Shown one piece after another: positions 38,543 to 49,600 of a stretch of DNA of 64,000 nt. How positions within the stretch are numbered: the stretch's first letter is position 1; each line of letters starts with the position of its first letter. The position numbers and the translations under genes were made by a program. Under the pieces are notes generated by a model that saw nothing but the letters and a program-made list of their open reading frames with translations, ran no database searches and had not been told where the DNA came from. The stretch covers positions 4,302,913 to 4,366,912 of the forward strand of contig OZ245997.1 in assembly GCA_965230195.1 (NCBI GenBank). Reading direction: 5' to 3'. This stretch comes from Putridiphycobacter sp. Its GTDB lineage: Bacteria; Bacteroidota; Bacteroidia; Flavobacteriales_D; Crocinitomicaceae.

Positions 38543-39359
38543 GACAGATACAATAGTACATAACGCTACATCCGATTCATCTGTTATTTCCGTTGCAAAA
38601 GAGATTAATGATACAGTAGTTTTAAAAGTGATTCAGGAGAGTAATAGCATACCACATATTGAACAGAATGCTGAGTTGTTATCTGGTTGGCTGGTACTTT
38701 TTATTGCAGGCCTGGGAATTGCACTATTCTTTTTGACCGTTTTTGTAAAACGTTATATTGCACCGTTTTTTAAAACAAAGTACAAAATTACCAGTATTAA
38801 CATTTTATGGTATCGTATTAGTGTTATTATATGGGCAATCTATATTTTGTTTGCCTCCTACCTGTTTATTAAATCCAGCCTGGTTTTATCGGTCTCACTT
38901 TTAACACTGATTATTTTGGTAGGTCATCAATTCCTTTTTGATTTCTTTATCGGAATTTATTTCAGGTTTGAAAACCAGATCAGAATCAGAGATAATTTTG
39001 TTTATGATAATGTATCGGGAGAAATTACTAAGTTCGGTGTAAGGCATCTGAAAATAATAAATACAGAGAATGAGATTGTTCTGATTCCGTACCGTAAATT
39101 ATTAAATGAAACGATTAAGATTACCAAGCAGGTTGATAACCTGAAACGAAAAACCATTTCAATTGAACTGGATGGTCCGGTTTCGGATAATATCGCCAGA
39201 CTTGAAAATCAAATGAAGCGTTGTCCCTGGATCTATAATCCAAAAAACTACTCAATTACCTATCATGAAGATCAGGTTTACTATATACACCTGTTAGCTA
39301 AAGAGGAGTTTACTTTTAATAAAGTTGAAGCTTACCTGCAGGATAAAAATCCTGCCTGA
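38535..39359 (+). CDS. Small MscS-like mechanosensitive channel family protein
   Basis: About four TM helices are followed by 'ENQIRIRDNFVYDNVSGEITKFGVRHLKIINTENEIVLIPYRKL', which resembles the MscS beta-domain (G.V..I....T.h....g..h.IPN..h). The ATG at 38535 overlaps the upstream stop (ATGAGTAA). The track start is a TTG at 38520. Confidence 0.55.
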   Translation: MSKTDTIVHNATSDSSVISVAKEINDTVVLKVIQESNSIPHIEQNAELLSGWLVLFIAGLGIALFFLTVFVKRYIAPFFKTKYKITSINILWYRISVIIWAIYILFASYLFIKSSLVLSVSLLTLIILVGHQFLFDFFIGIYFRFENQIRIRDNFVYDNVSGEITKFGVRHLKIINTENEIVLIPYRKLLNETIKITKQVDNLKRKTISIELDGPVSDNIARLENQMKRCPWIYNPKNYSITYHEDQVYYIHLLAKEEFTFNKVEAYLQDKNPA

Positions 39360-40826
39360 TTAACGCTTCTCTCTCCATGGTGAATAATCGGCTTTGACCT
39401 GTTTCGGTTCATTATTCTTTGTCATGTCCTTTAAAACTTCATAGGCATTTCTTGCCAATTGATTGTCTAAGTCAACATTGAGTTTATCGAGTGAATAATG
39501 CTCTGCCACGAAGTTAATAGTGAATCGCCCATTCCTGAATTCAGGATGATCCAGTGCAAATTTACAGAATCCTAAAGTGGTTGCAAATCCATTTATTTTA
39601 TAATCATCAATGGCTTGTATTGTTTTTTCAATGGCTTCGTCTCTGTCTTTTCCATGCACAATTAACTTTGCAATCATTGAGTCATATTCAAGTGCAATTG
39701 GCATTCCCTGCTCATAACCGTCATCAACTCTTACACCCAAACCTTCAGGTTTTTTATAGTATTCGATTACGCCCAAATCCGGTAGAAAATCATTTTCAGG
39801 GTCCTCAGCATATACACGAACTTCAATAGCATGACCATTAATCTCAAGATCCGATTGCCGGATACTTAACGCTTCTCCTCTGGCCACTTTTATCTGCTCT
39901 TCAACCAGGTCAAGTCCTGTAATCATTTCCGTTACCGGGTGTTCAACCTGTAACCGTGTATTCATTTCAAGGAAATAGAAATCCTTATTTCTGTCCAGTA
40001 AAAACTCTACAGTACCTACTCCTTCATAATTGCATGATTTAGCCACATTGATTGCTGCCTCTCCCATTTTTTGTCTTAAAGCATCATCTAATACTGCAGA
40101 CGGCGCCTCTTCAACTACTTTCTGGTGCCTTCTTTGAATTGAGCATTCCCGTTCAAATAAGTGAATAACATTACCATGCTGATCAGCTAACACCTGTATT
40201 TCGATATGTTTAGGGTCCTGAACAAATTTTTCGATAAAAACAGCACCATTTCCAAATGACGAAACAGCTTCAGATACGGCTCTGTCGTATTGCTCTTCAA
40301 ACTCATTACTGCTTTCCACTACACGCATTCCTTTTCCACCACCACCAGCTGAAGCTTTAATCAATATCGGATATCCAATACCCTCAGCAATTGTTTTGGC
40401 TTCACTAATATCAGTAATGGCTTCATCTGTTCCAGGAACCATTGGTACATTAAATTTTTTAACGGCCTGCTTGGCATCAATTTTATCCCCCATTACATCA
40501 ATCGCCTCTATTCCGGGACCAATAAACTTAATCCCTGCCTGCGTTACCTTAGCAGCAAATTCAGAATTCTCGGACAAAAAGCCATAGGCAGGGTGAATAC
40601 CATCAACTCCTGTTTGTAATGCCACTTCAATAATTTTCTCCTGATTCAAATAACTTTTCGCAGGCTCCGATTCACCAATATAATATGCTTCGTCTGCGAA
40701 CTTAGCAAACGGGGCACCTTTATCAGCATCTGAATAAACCGCTACAGATGCAATGTTTAAACGTTTTAGCGTTCTCATTATTCTTAACGCAATCTCTCCT
40801 CTGTTTGCTACCAGTACTTTTTTCAT
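39360..40826 (-). CDS. accC: Biotin carboxylase (acetyl-CoA carboxylase AccC type)
   Basis: 488 aa. 'KVLVANRGEIALRI', 'GYPILIKASAGGGGKGMRVV' and 'EMNTRLQVEHPVTE'. No BCCP gene is adjacent. Confidence 0.9.
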   Translation of the reverse strand: MKKVLVANRGEIALRIMRTLKRLNIASVAVYSDADKGAPFAKFADEAYYIGESEPAKSYLNQEKIIEVALQTGVDGIHPAYGFLSENSEFAAKVTQAGIKFIGPGIEAIDVMGDKIDAKQAVKKFNVPMVPGTDEAITDISEAKTIAEGIGYPILIKASAGGGGKGMRVVESSNEFEEQYDRAVSEAVSSFGNGAVFIEKFVQDPKHIEIQVLADQHGNVIHLFERECSIQRRHQKVVEEAPSAVLDDALRQKMGEAAINVAKSCNYEGVGTVEFLLDRNKDFYFLEMNTRLQVEHPVTEMITGLDLVEEQIKVARGEALSIRQSDLEINGHAIEVRVYAEDPENDFLPDLGVIEYYKKPEGLGVRVDDGYEQGMPIALEYDSMIAKLIVHGKDRDEAIEKTIQAIDDYKINGFATTLGFCKFALDHPEFRNGRFTINFVAEHYSLDKLNVDLDNQLARNAYEVLKDMTKNNEPKQVKADYSPWREKR

Positions 40827-40859
40827 CTATTACTTTATTTTATAACAAGGTGATTAAAC

Positions 40860-43800
40860 TCACTCCTGATCTTCTGTTTTATAGGCAGTTGGTTTGAAAT
40901 CGGTTTCCACCGGTACTTTCCTACCACCAGTATTATTTTTATTCTTTTCTTGTTTCTCCCGTTTACGGAATATATCTAAAAACCCTTGCCAGAGTTTAAA
41001 ATCTTTTCGTGAGTTAAAGGCTTCCTGATAACTTAATCCAAACCCCTGGGTAAATGCTCCCTGATCCTGATTTGCTGCATCTTTATTTGAAGCATTAAAA
41101 ACGTTTACTGTAAATGTACCGTCTTCATTTAACTCATATTCAATATTTACATCTCCCACAAGGTTACTTCCTTTACTTTCCTCATCACCGGAAGAGATAT
41201 ACCCTACCGAAGAAGTTATTTTCAATTTATCATCCAGAAATGAGGTTGAAAACCCTAGTTCCGCATGATCCGTACCAATATCAGAGTTTAAATTATAATT
41301 CTCTCCAATCTGATCCAGCATTGAATTGATCTGCTGATTCACCAGGTCTTCGGTCAGGTTTTTTGTACCACCTCCCGAAGCTTTAGATCCTTCAACAGGA
41401 ATAAATTTTTTCAGCAATAATAATGAAAAAAACTGTTTATTCAGATCATCTTCAATTGCTCTGATATGATTTAATGCATTTTTTTTGTCATCCCTGGCAT
41501 TTGGTGCCTGAATATCAAATGTTAGTGCCGGACTTAATAATGTATTTGACAGGTTTAAATAACCATACACCAGGTCTTTGCTTTTTGAGGTGCTGATTTC
41601 ACTACTCATGATATCACTCATATCCACATTCCTTTGGAATCTCGTTTGAATATCAATATTAGCATCATATGGCGATTGGGTCCAAACTAATGAACTTCCT
41701 TCAATAATCTCGAATTTCTCAGTGACCACATTTTTCATGTTAAAGTCATAATATCCCTCATTAATGGTGTATTTACCGTACATTTCCATATCCCCGTAAT
41801 CATCCATACTCATTTCAATATTTCCTGAGCCGTTTGCTACTATCTGATCATTTAAAATCGGGTCAAAAACAATATTCACCTGGGCTTCATCTGTGACTTC
41901 AAAGTTGAGATCTAATGTCATACCCAACCGTTCAATTTTCACTACCTCATTCTCTGTATCTGAAGTATCAGGATTATAAAACTTCACAAAACTATTCTCC
42001 TCAGTTTCACTGGTCCCGTATAGTGGTAAAGTAAGGTTGGTTCCTTTTTCAGTAGTCACATCTACATTAATTTCCGTCAGGCCGCCATATCCAAAAATAT
42101 TAACAGCTCCGGTAACAAATGCTTTTCCATAGTACACATCCCCTTCCTTATAATTAGTATTCATGGCTAAAAATGTTTGAGTAATATTCGGATCTGCCAA
42201 ATCAAGGGTAACATCATAGTTCCAGTTGGTATAGTTATCATGGTATATCTGCATCATTGCCACTCCTAAGTTCCCCAGTTCATCTCTTAACTCCAGATAA
42301 TCAGCCAGTATCTCTCCTTTTTCGAAGTTGAGTAAACCGTTGATTTCATAGTCGACATTAAACATAGGCACACTGAGCCTTGTTTTTTCAACATCAAGAT
42401 GACCAATAATTACAGGGTTATCGAGTTCACCCATAATAGCCAGTTCTCCATCAATATTTCCTTTAATATTTGTGTATAATTCCGGATCTGAAAAAGCATT
42501 CAAAAAAGCAATATTGGTATGGTCAAACTTTAACTTCATGTCAATATTATCTCTGGATCTCCCCATATAATAAAACCCGCCAAAGTCAAACGTTTTAATC
42601 TTATCTCTAATCAAATCTCCATCAAGTTCAACTGCATTTTTAACTTTATCCCACTTTCCGTTAAGTTTTAAGTCCCCAACTATTTCATTATTGATTTTTA
42701 AATTTTCAATATCAGAATCTGAAGAGAATTTTAAATCATTATATAAATCTGATATCCTACCATCCAGATTCAGGTTTCCGTTTAGTGTTAATTGTCCTCC
42801 CAAAAATCCATTTAGTTCTGAAAGGTCAAAATCTTTAATGATGATATTTAACCAATCATCCGGATTGGTAGACACCTTTCCATTCATGGCTATTAAATGA
42901 TTCTTATTCCTGATATTCAAATTCGTAATATCGATATGTTCAGGATTCCATAAAACCTCAGAATTGGGTTCGATATCCCATTTTGAGTCCTGCAGGTGGA
43001 AAAAGGATGGTGAAAATTGAGTTATAATATCGTTATTTTTCTCAATATTGGTTTTAAAGACAAATAATGCAGGATTAAGTTTTTCATTGGCCTCCCAGGC
43101 TAAATCGGTAAAGAGTTCATTGTTTTCAGCAGTTGTATTCAGTGTGAAATGATCAACCTTAATACTGTCGTTTAGATCAATCGTTTTAATACTGTAGGAA
43201 AGTTCACCTTTGGTACTGTCCAATTGGTGTTTTAAATTGATTCCCATTAAAGCCCTGTTCTCGTACCCTATTTTTTGAGATATCAAATGTGCTTCAGCGT
43301 ATTTTTTTTCTGAATTAAATGAGAATTCAACCTGTGTATTAGGTTCTACATAAGCTTTTTCATCAAAGAAATTCAGAATGGGATTAATATCCTTCAGTTT
43401 TAACCTGGCCACATAATTCTCTTCTATTTCATTTGGTATCTCCTGAAACTCTATCACATTTGGCACAAGATAAGCCACCTGGTTTGACAAGGAGGCGTAG
43501 AGGTAAGCAAAATTAAACTGACCGATCAACTCTCCCTCAAGATAATCCGAATCAATTGAAACCACATCAATGGAATCCCCTCTCTTAACTTTTAGCTTTA
43601 CTTCTGATAAATCAATATGTTTCGTCCCATCAAAATATGATAATTTGGATATTGTGACATCTCCTTTAATATTGTCTAAAGAATTTCCGGAAATATTGAC
43701 ATCAATTTTCGTTTTTAAAAGTGTGGATAAATCCCCTTCTATTAAATTCATTTTAGCCAGGTAAGAACTGTCTATTTTCAGGTCAAAATCAAAGAGTAAT

Positions 43801-45341
43801 TCATCTTTAAAATCCACATATCCCACATAGTTTAAAGCCAGATTATCATCTTCAACATCTATTATACCATCAAACCGATCATTACTATATTTACCGTCCT
43901 TAATAAGAATATGATTATAAGTGTACTGGTTCAATTCTATATTTTCAAAATTACCTTCAAACAACAGGTTGATGTCTTTCGAAGAAAAACCACCTGATCC
44001 TGGTAGTACCCTGACATAACCATTAACTAGTCCCAGATTAGAATTGTTGGCCAACAAACCTAAATCCAGATTATCCAGAATCACATCTTTTATAATTGCG
44101 TCCGGCTCCCCTTCTACTCCCTGGTAATAATAAATGCCATTTTCTTTTTCAAATTTCAACCCATTTTCAGAAGATAAATTCCCAACACCAGTCGTAATAT
44201 CACCATCAACTACAAAACTGTTAATTCCTCCATAAAAATGTCCGTTTTCCAATTTAACAGTATTCAGTGCCTGCAAATTATCCGGTAAACTTAAATGTTT
44301 CTCTCCTTCAAGGAAAGGTGATAAATTGAGTCGTTCAACATCTGCTATGCTTGTTCTAAATAAAGTAATCTTTTGTTCAATAATACTGGACTCGATCTCA
44401 TCTAAATCAGGAATTTGAAAGTCTCCTTTTAAAACGGTATTTTTAAGCAACCTGATATCAGTATCTGTCAGTTTCATACCGTTTACAGGTCCGTTTAATT
44501 CCAGATTTTTAATATTCACCTCATCCGTCATTCCTTTTAACCGTGGGACAAACAGAGCCAGATCAGCTAATGCGATTTGAGTACCCGATAAATTAGCATC
44601 AAAACGGACTTTATTCAAAAAATCCTGAAAATCAGTTGAACCATTCTCCGTTTTAAGATTAAGATGCGTGGCTTTGATAACAGAGTTTTTAAGGGCCAGA
44701 TTCAGGTTATCCAAACCGATTAAAACCGGTGAGTACTTTACCTGAACTGATAAATCCTTTAATTCCAGTCCTGATTGTTCAACAAATGAAAGGTGGTTTA
44801 CATTTGCATAGATACTATCTCCGGCAAAATTAAATGCACTGATTTCACCTTTTAGATTTTTAAGGTCAATATGCCCGTAATCTAATCCGTAATCTAATGA
44901 ATCTCTATTCTGATCCTCAAAGGTAAAATCAACATCTGACAACAGCACTTTTCTCACATCCATTCTGAAATTGGTGCCTGAAGTATCCTTCTTTTCCGGA
45001 GCAAAATAGTCGATCAGGTGCTGAAAATTAAATGTGGAATCACCTTCGGCTTTAAGTAATCTTACATCCGAATTGGTCAATGTCACACTTTCTACATCAA
45101 AGTAAGTTTCTTTCAGATTCCAATCCTGGATTCTGACATCAATATCACTCGCAAAAAGCAAAGTATCTCCGAACTTATCCTCTACAAAAATTCCTTCCAG
45201 ATCAACCCGGTCAAAAAATATGATTTCAATTTTTTCAACGTGCAACTTTCTGTCTAGTCCTTCCGAAAGAAAAGCAGTCACTTCCTGCCCTAAATAAGTT
45301 TGAAATTTACTGGTTCGGATGGCAAAAGCAGTGAATATCAA
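40860..45341 (-). CDS. tamB: Translocation/assembly module TamB-like protein (DUF490 C-terminus)
   Basis: At least 1493 aa of repetitive beta-rich sequence. The C-terminal 'VGDVNIEYELNEDGTFTVNVFN...GFGLSYQEAFNS' is typical of TamB-like proteins. The 5' end is uncertain. The track start is a TTG inside a hydrophobic helix, and the frame stays open to 45434 without any ATG. Confidence 0.78.
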   Translation of the reverse strand: MIFTAFAIRTSKFQTYLGQEVTAFLSEGLDRKLHVEKIEIIFFDRVDLEGIFVEDKFGDTLLFASDIDVRIQDWNLKETYFDVESVTLTNSDVRLLKAEGDSTFNFQHLIDYFAPEKKDTSGTNFRMDVRKVLLSDVDFTFEDQNRDSLDYGLDYGHIDLKNLKGEISAFNFAGDSIYANVNHLSFVEQSGLELKDLSVQVKYSPVLIGLDNLNLALKNSVIKATHLNLKTENGSTDFQDFLNKVRFDANLSGTQIALADLALFVPRLKGMTDEVNIKNLELNGPVNGMKLTDTDIRLLKNTVLKGDFQIPDLDEIESSIIEQKITLFRTSIADVERLNLSPFLEGEKHLSLPDNLQALNTVKLENGHFYGGINSFVVDGDITTGVGNLSSENGLKFEKENGIYYYQGVEGEPDAIIKDVILDNLDLGLLANNSNLGLVNGYVRVLPGSGGFSSKDINLLFEGNFENIELNQYTYNHILIKDGKYSNDRFDGIIDVEDDNLALNYVGYVDFKDELLFDFDLKIDSSYLAKMNLIEGDLSTLLKTKIDVNISGNSLDNIKGDVTISKLSYFDGTKHIDLSEVKLKVKRGDSIDVVSIDSDYLEGELIGQFNFAYLYASLSNQVAYLVPNVIEFQEIPNEIEENYVARLKLKDINPILNFFDEKAYVEPNTQVEFSFNSEKKYAEAHLISQKIGYENRALMGINLKHQLDSTKGELSYSIKTIDLNDSIKVDHFTLNTTAENNELFTDLAWEANEKLNPALFVFKTNIEKNNDIITQFSPSFFHLQDSKWDIEPNSEVLWNPEHIDITNLNIRNKNHLIAMNGKVSTNPDDWLNIIIKDFDLSELNGFLGGQLTLNGNLNLDGRISDLYNDLKFSSDSDIENLKINNEIVGDLKLNGKWDKVKNAVELDGDLIRDKIKTFDFGGFYYMGRSRDNIDMKLKFDHTNIAFLNAFSDPELYTNIKGNIDGELAIMGELDNPVIIGHLDVEKTRLSVPMFNVDYEINGLLNFEKGEILADYLELRDELGNLGVAMMQIYHDNYTNWNYDVTLDLADPNITQTFLAMNTNYKEGDVYYGKAFVTGAVNIFGYGGLTEINVDVTTEKGTNLTLPLYGTSETEENSFVKFYNPDTSDTENEVVKIERLGMTLDLNFEVTDEAQVNIVFDPILNDQIVANGSGNIEMSMDDYGDMEMYGKYTINEGYYDFNMKNVVTEKFEIIEGSSLVWTQSPYDANIDIQTRFQRNVDMSDIMSSEISTSKSKDLVYGYLNLSNTLLSPALTFDIQAPNARDDKKNALNHIRAIEDDLNKQFFSLLLLKKFIPVEGSKASGGGTKNLTEDLVNQQINSMLDQIGENYNLNSDIGTDHAELGFSTSFLDDKLKITSSVGYISSGDEESKGSNLVGDVNIEYELNEDGTFTVNVFNASNKDAANQDQGAFTQGFGLSYQEAFNSRKDFKLWQGFLDIFRKREKQEKNKNNTGGRKVPVETDFKPTAYKTEDQE

Positions 45342-45404
45342 AAACAGTAATACTATTTCTAATAAGAACAGTAAAAATTTTGGTATACCTTTCCCTATTT
45401 TGAC

Positions 45405-45412
45405 TAATTTTG
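45405..45412 (+). promoter_or_regulatory. Candidate -7 box (TAATTTTG) for tsaD
   Basis: Matches TAnnTTTG, 31 nt upstream of the TTG start at 45444. Confidence 0.3.
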
Positions 45413-45443
45413 TAATGCTAATTTTTCTGCTAAATTAATTAAA

Positions 45444-46469
45444 TTGAACAATAATAACACCATAATTTTAGGAATTGAATCTTCATGTGATGACACCTCT
45501 GCATCAGTACTAATAAACGGTCAGATTAAGTCGAATATTGTTGCCGGACAGAAAGTACATGAAAGTTATGGCGGTGTTGTACCGGAATTAGCTTCAAGAG
45601 CTCACCAACAGAATATTATCCCTGTTGTTCACGAAGCTTTAAAAGCTGCTAATGTTTCAAAAAATGACTTATCGGCAATTGCTTTTACAAGAGGTCCCGG
45701 ATTATTAGGATCACTTATTGTAGGCACCTGTTTTTCGAAGAGTTTAGCATTGTCATTAGATATCCCTTTGGTGGAGGTTAATCATATGCAGGGACATGTT
45801 TTAGCACACTTCATAAAAAATGGTGATAAACCTCAACCTGATTTCCCATTTATTTGCCTGACCGTTTCGGGAGGACATACTCAAATTGTTTTGGTCAAAG
45901 ATTACTTTGATATGGAAATTTTGGGCGAGACTATTGATGATGCTGCCGGGGAAGCTTTTGATAAAGCCGCTAAAATTATGGGTTTACCCTATCCTGGAGG
46001 CCCTCTTATTGACAAATATGCTCAAAAGGGAGATCCTTTAAGGTTTGAATTTCCGGTAGCTAATCTAAAGGGTTATAATTTTAGCTTTAGCGGATTAAAA
46101 ACCAGCATTCTTTACTTTTTAAGAAAGGAAGTAGAAAAAAATGAAAACTTTGTTGCTGAGAATATGAATGACATTTGCGCTTCATACCAGCATACCATTA
46201 TAAAGTCATTATTCAAAAAGCTTTTGAAAGCAACCAGAGATTATGGTATTAAGGATGTTGCGATTGCAGGAGGTGTTTCCGCTAACTCAAAACTAAGGTC
46301 GGAACTGGACAGGGTTGGACAAAAAGAAAAATGGCGAACCTTTATACCCGATTTTGAATACTGTACCGATAATGCCGGAATGATTGCCATTGCAGGATAC
46401 TATAAATACCTGAACGGTGAATTTGTTGGTCAGGATATTACACCAGATGCCAGACTTAAGATTAGTTAA
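45444..46469 (+). CDS. tsaD: tRNA N6-adenosine threonylcarbamoyltransferase TsaD
   Basis: 341 aa. 'ILGIESSCDDTSASV', 'VNHMQGHVL' and 'LTVSGGHTQ'. The start codon is TTG, with no in-frame ATG before the conserved N-terminus. Confidence 0.93.
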   Translation: MNNNNTIILGIESSCDDTSASVLINGQIKSNIVAGQKVHESYGGVVPELASRAHQQNIIPVVHEALKAANVSKNDLSAIAFTRGPGLLGSLIVGTCFSKSLALSLDIPLVEVNHMQGHVLAHFIKNGDKPQPDFPFICLTVSGGHTQIVLVKDYFDMEILGETIDDAAGEAFDKAAKIMGLPYPGGPLIDKYAQKGDPLRFEFPVANLKGYNFSFSGLKTSILYFLRKEVEKNENFVAENMNDICASYQHTIIKSLFKKLLKATRDYGIKDVAIAGGVSANSKLRSELDRVGQKEKWRTFIPDFEYCTDNAGMIAIAGYYKYLNGEFVGQDITPDARLKIS

Positions 46470-46671
46470 CCTGTTGATCGTTTTTCAGTTTATTGTTAAT
46501 GGTTTTCTAACTTTTAGTCTTTGGTTGGTTAGTTTATCGTCGACTGCCCATAGTTTTTTTTAGACCATAGATTGTTAGAAAATAGATTATAGATTTTGAG
46601 GGTGCTTGCAATACCAAATCATTAACAAGTAACCGATAATCAGGAATCAAAAATTAGAAATTGTGTATTGA
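46470..46671. repeat. Intergenic GTT-rich / AAC-rich inverted-repeat element, copy F
   Basis: The GTT arm 'cctgttgatcgtttttcagtttattgttaatggttttc' (46470-46507) and the AAC arm 'ccaaatcattaacaagtaaccgataatcaggaatc' (46614-46648) repeat the architecture of copies A, D and E, which lie 38 kb away. Confidence 0.45.
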
Positions 46672-49600
46672 TTAATTGATAATTCTAAGCTCAGCCCGTC
46701 TGTTTAGTGCATGTTCTTTGTCGGCACAGTCCACACCATCTGCACAATCGTTAACAAGCTTACCTTCTCCATAGGCATTAATGATTACCCGGTGCGATTC
46801 CACTCCTTTTTTGACCATATAATTTTTAATCCACTGTGCTCTTCTTTCAGAAAGGATTAGATTATACTTATCGGATGCCCTGGAATCAGCATATGCATTA
46901 ATTTCCAAACGACTGTCCTTACTGATTTCAAGCATAATTAACATTTTTTCCAGTCGGAGTATATCACTTGTATTAGGATTTGTTTTATTTGAACCGAAAT
47001 AAACAGATTCAATGTCAGAGGACACATCTAATGCTGCATTTCCAAAAATCTCCTCTTCTACTTTTGTGTTCATTTGTTCTTTAATTTCGATTGGTATATC
47101 AACCTTGTAACCTAATGGCTTATATACGAAATAAGACTTTTCACTACTCTGTAATTTGGCCAGGCTCTTTCCATTTTCATCTTTTACGAATAATGAAAAT
47201 TTATCGATATCAAATGTTTCTTCCACCCCTTCCAGCTTAAATAGTATTGTGGTTAAACCAGGTAATCTTTCAAAAATAAAGTTTCCGCTTTCATCCATAT
47301 AAGCCTCCCCGGCTTTATTACCATTTCCATCATAGGCTACAACCTTAATTCCTGTTGGAAACTGACCATCCTTATCATCATAATCGTAATCTCCTGCAAT
47401 GGTGTAAATCAAATCAAAATTATTGTCTTCCAATAGTTCATTCTTCAAATTCAAGTCATTTTGATTAGTTTCCAATTTAGAGAAAGTAAATCTTCCATTA
47501 TCAGTTAATTTCGCATTGCTCAGCACCACACCATCCGTATTTTTTAATTCCAGCGACATCAGGTCCTTCAGTAATGAATCCGGCAAATTCAGTACATCAA
47601 ACGAATAGGTTTCCTCTTCCTTCAATTCTGTAAAAGAAAACTCTCCTTTTTCTGAAGTTTTCTCGGTAGTTAGCAATTCGTTACTGGAGTTATATATGTT
47701 TACTTCCAATCCTCCCGCATAAGTAGTATCTTTGTCATTATACTTTACCTGCCCATAAATACTACTGAAGAAATCAAAATCGCCTTCATCCATTCCCTCT
47801 TTCGCTTCAAGTCCCGGCAAGGATAATAATTTCAACATTTTATACCTGAACTCTCCATTTTCATTCATTTTAATCTCTTCAGTCGGACTACCATCATCAT
47901 TGTCTACCAATAGCGACATGGAATTTAAATCCAAAAACTTAGGCGCATCTTCAATTTTGAAAACATAATCAGCCATTCCGGCTTGTTTGTCATAGATAAA
48001 GTTTCCTTTTTCATCCGCTTCTATCTGGTCTACCAATTCTCCTTTATCGTTATAAACACCTACTTTGAGGCCATCCGGGAAATACCCTTCTTTTCCGTTA
48101 ACGTTAAAGTTACCTGTAATCTGGCCGATATCAAATACAAATTCATCTTCATGTAAAAAGCCTTTTTCCTTGATATTGGTTAAATCAAGTACTTTTAATT
48201 TTCGGTATAAATAGTATCCACTTCCATCAGCCTTTAACTCTTCAACAATTCTATCATCTTTGTTAAAAACGAGTAAAGTCAAATCTTTATTCGCTGACTC
48301 CAGATTGATAATAAAGTTTTCATCAGCAGGTAAATCATCAAACTCAAAAAAACCATCCTTGTCTGATTTCACTGAATAAGCAACCTCACCATTTTCGTTA
48401 ATCAGATTAACTATCATCTCACCGGTTTCCTTAAATTGGTTTTCATCATATTTAAACCGGCCGGATATTTTTCCTTTACCTGTTTTTTCTGATACCTGCA
48501 TCAAGTTTAACTGGTCAATTTCACTGACGTCCAATAATTCATAAATGAAATCACCATACTGATCAGCAATTAACCGTTCGCTTGGCTTACCTTCGGCATC
48601 ATAAACCTGAAGGTTCATCTCATCCTTTGAATTAGCCATAACCGAATAATCTTCATCTCCTTCGAGATTAAAAAATTGAAATTCGCCATTTTCATTGACA
48701 CCGGTTTCAGATACAATTTCTTTCTTCTCATTCAATAAGTAAACACTTAACGGACGATTGATTTTTTCTTCTAATTTTTGGTACTCAAACTTTCCAACAA
48801 AGTTGTTCTGAAAAACCATTTCCTTTTTAATCTCCAGTGTAAATACATCATCTGATCCGTTTCTGTTAGAACTTAAGAATCCCATTTTTTCCTCATTAAA
48901 CAAGAATAAACCAAAATCATCTCCTTCAGAGTTAACAAATTCCATATTTGTCACTTCAGAATTAGCTTCTACTTTAAAGTACATGTCTAATCCTCCCTTT
49001 CCTAATTCACGATCGGAAGCAAAAAACAAAGTTTTATCATTTGAGTAATACGGATATAATTCATTTGCACTGGTATTCACACTTGTCATATTAGTTGGTG
49101 CTGACCATATCCCTTTCCTGATTTGAGAATAATAAATATCCTTTCCACCTTTTCCACCTTTTAGATCAGAGGAAAAATACAATGTATTTGTTTTAGAATC
49201 AAAACTTGGATGTCCGTAAGAAAATAAAGGATTATTAAATGGCAATAATTGTGGAGATTTACTCCATTTTCCATTGTACCTGATCAGCATAAAAATTTGT
49301 GGCCTGTGCTTTTTTAAATTATGCACTGTGTTAACCGGTACCTGGGTATAAAACATTGTATCTCCCGTAACTGAAAACGATAAAGGGCCGGTATGTGTAA
49401 ACTGATTATGTATTGGAGCAAATGAGGTAACGTTTGAAAATGTTAATTCATAGATGTCATCCATATTTTCGACATCTGCCTGAAAAACATTAATCCGTAC
49501 ATTCTTTTTCCAGTTGTTCTCTCCAAAATTATTTTGATCGTACTCACGGGATGAGGCAAAATAAATTTTCCCCTCTAACATTACTGCAGAAAAATCCATG

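Noticed and set aside
39360-40826. accC without an adjacent accB/BCCP as an orphan or novel carboxylase
   Set aside because: As far as I recall, biotin carboxylase genes are sometimes unlinked from their partner subunits. The sequence has all the standard ATP-grasp and biotin carboxylase motifs. Nothing in the window points to an unusual role.
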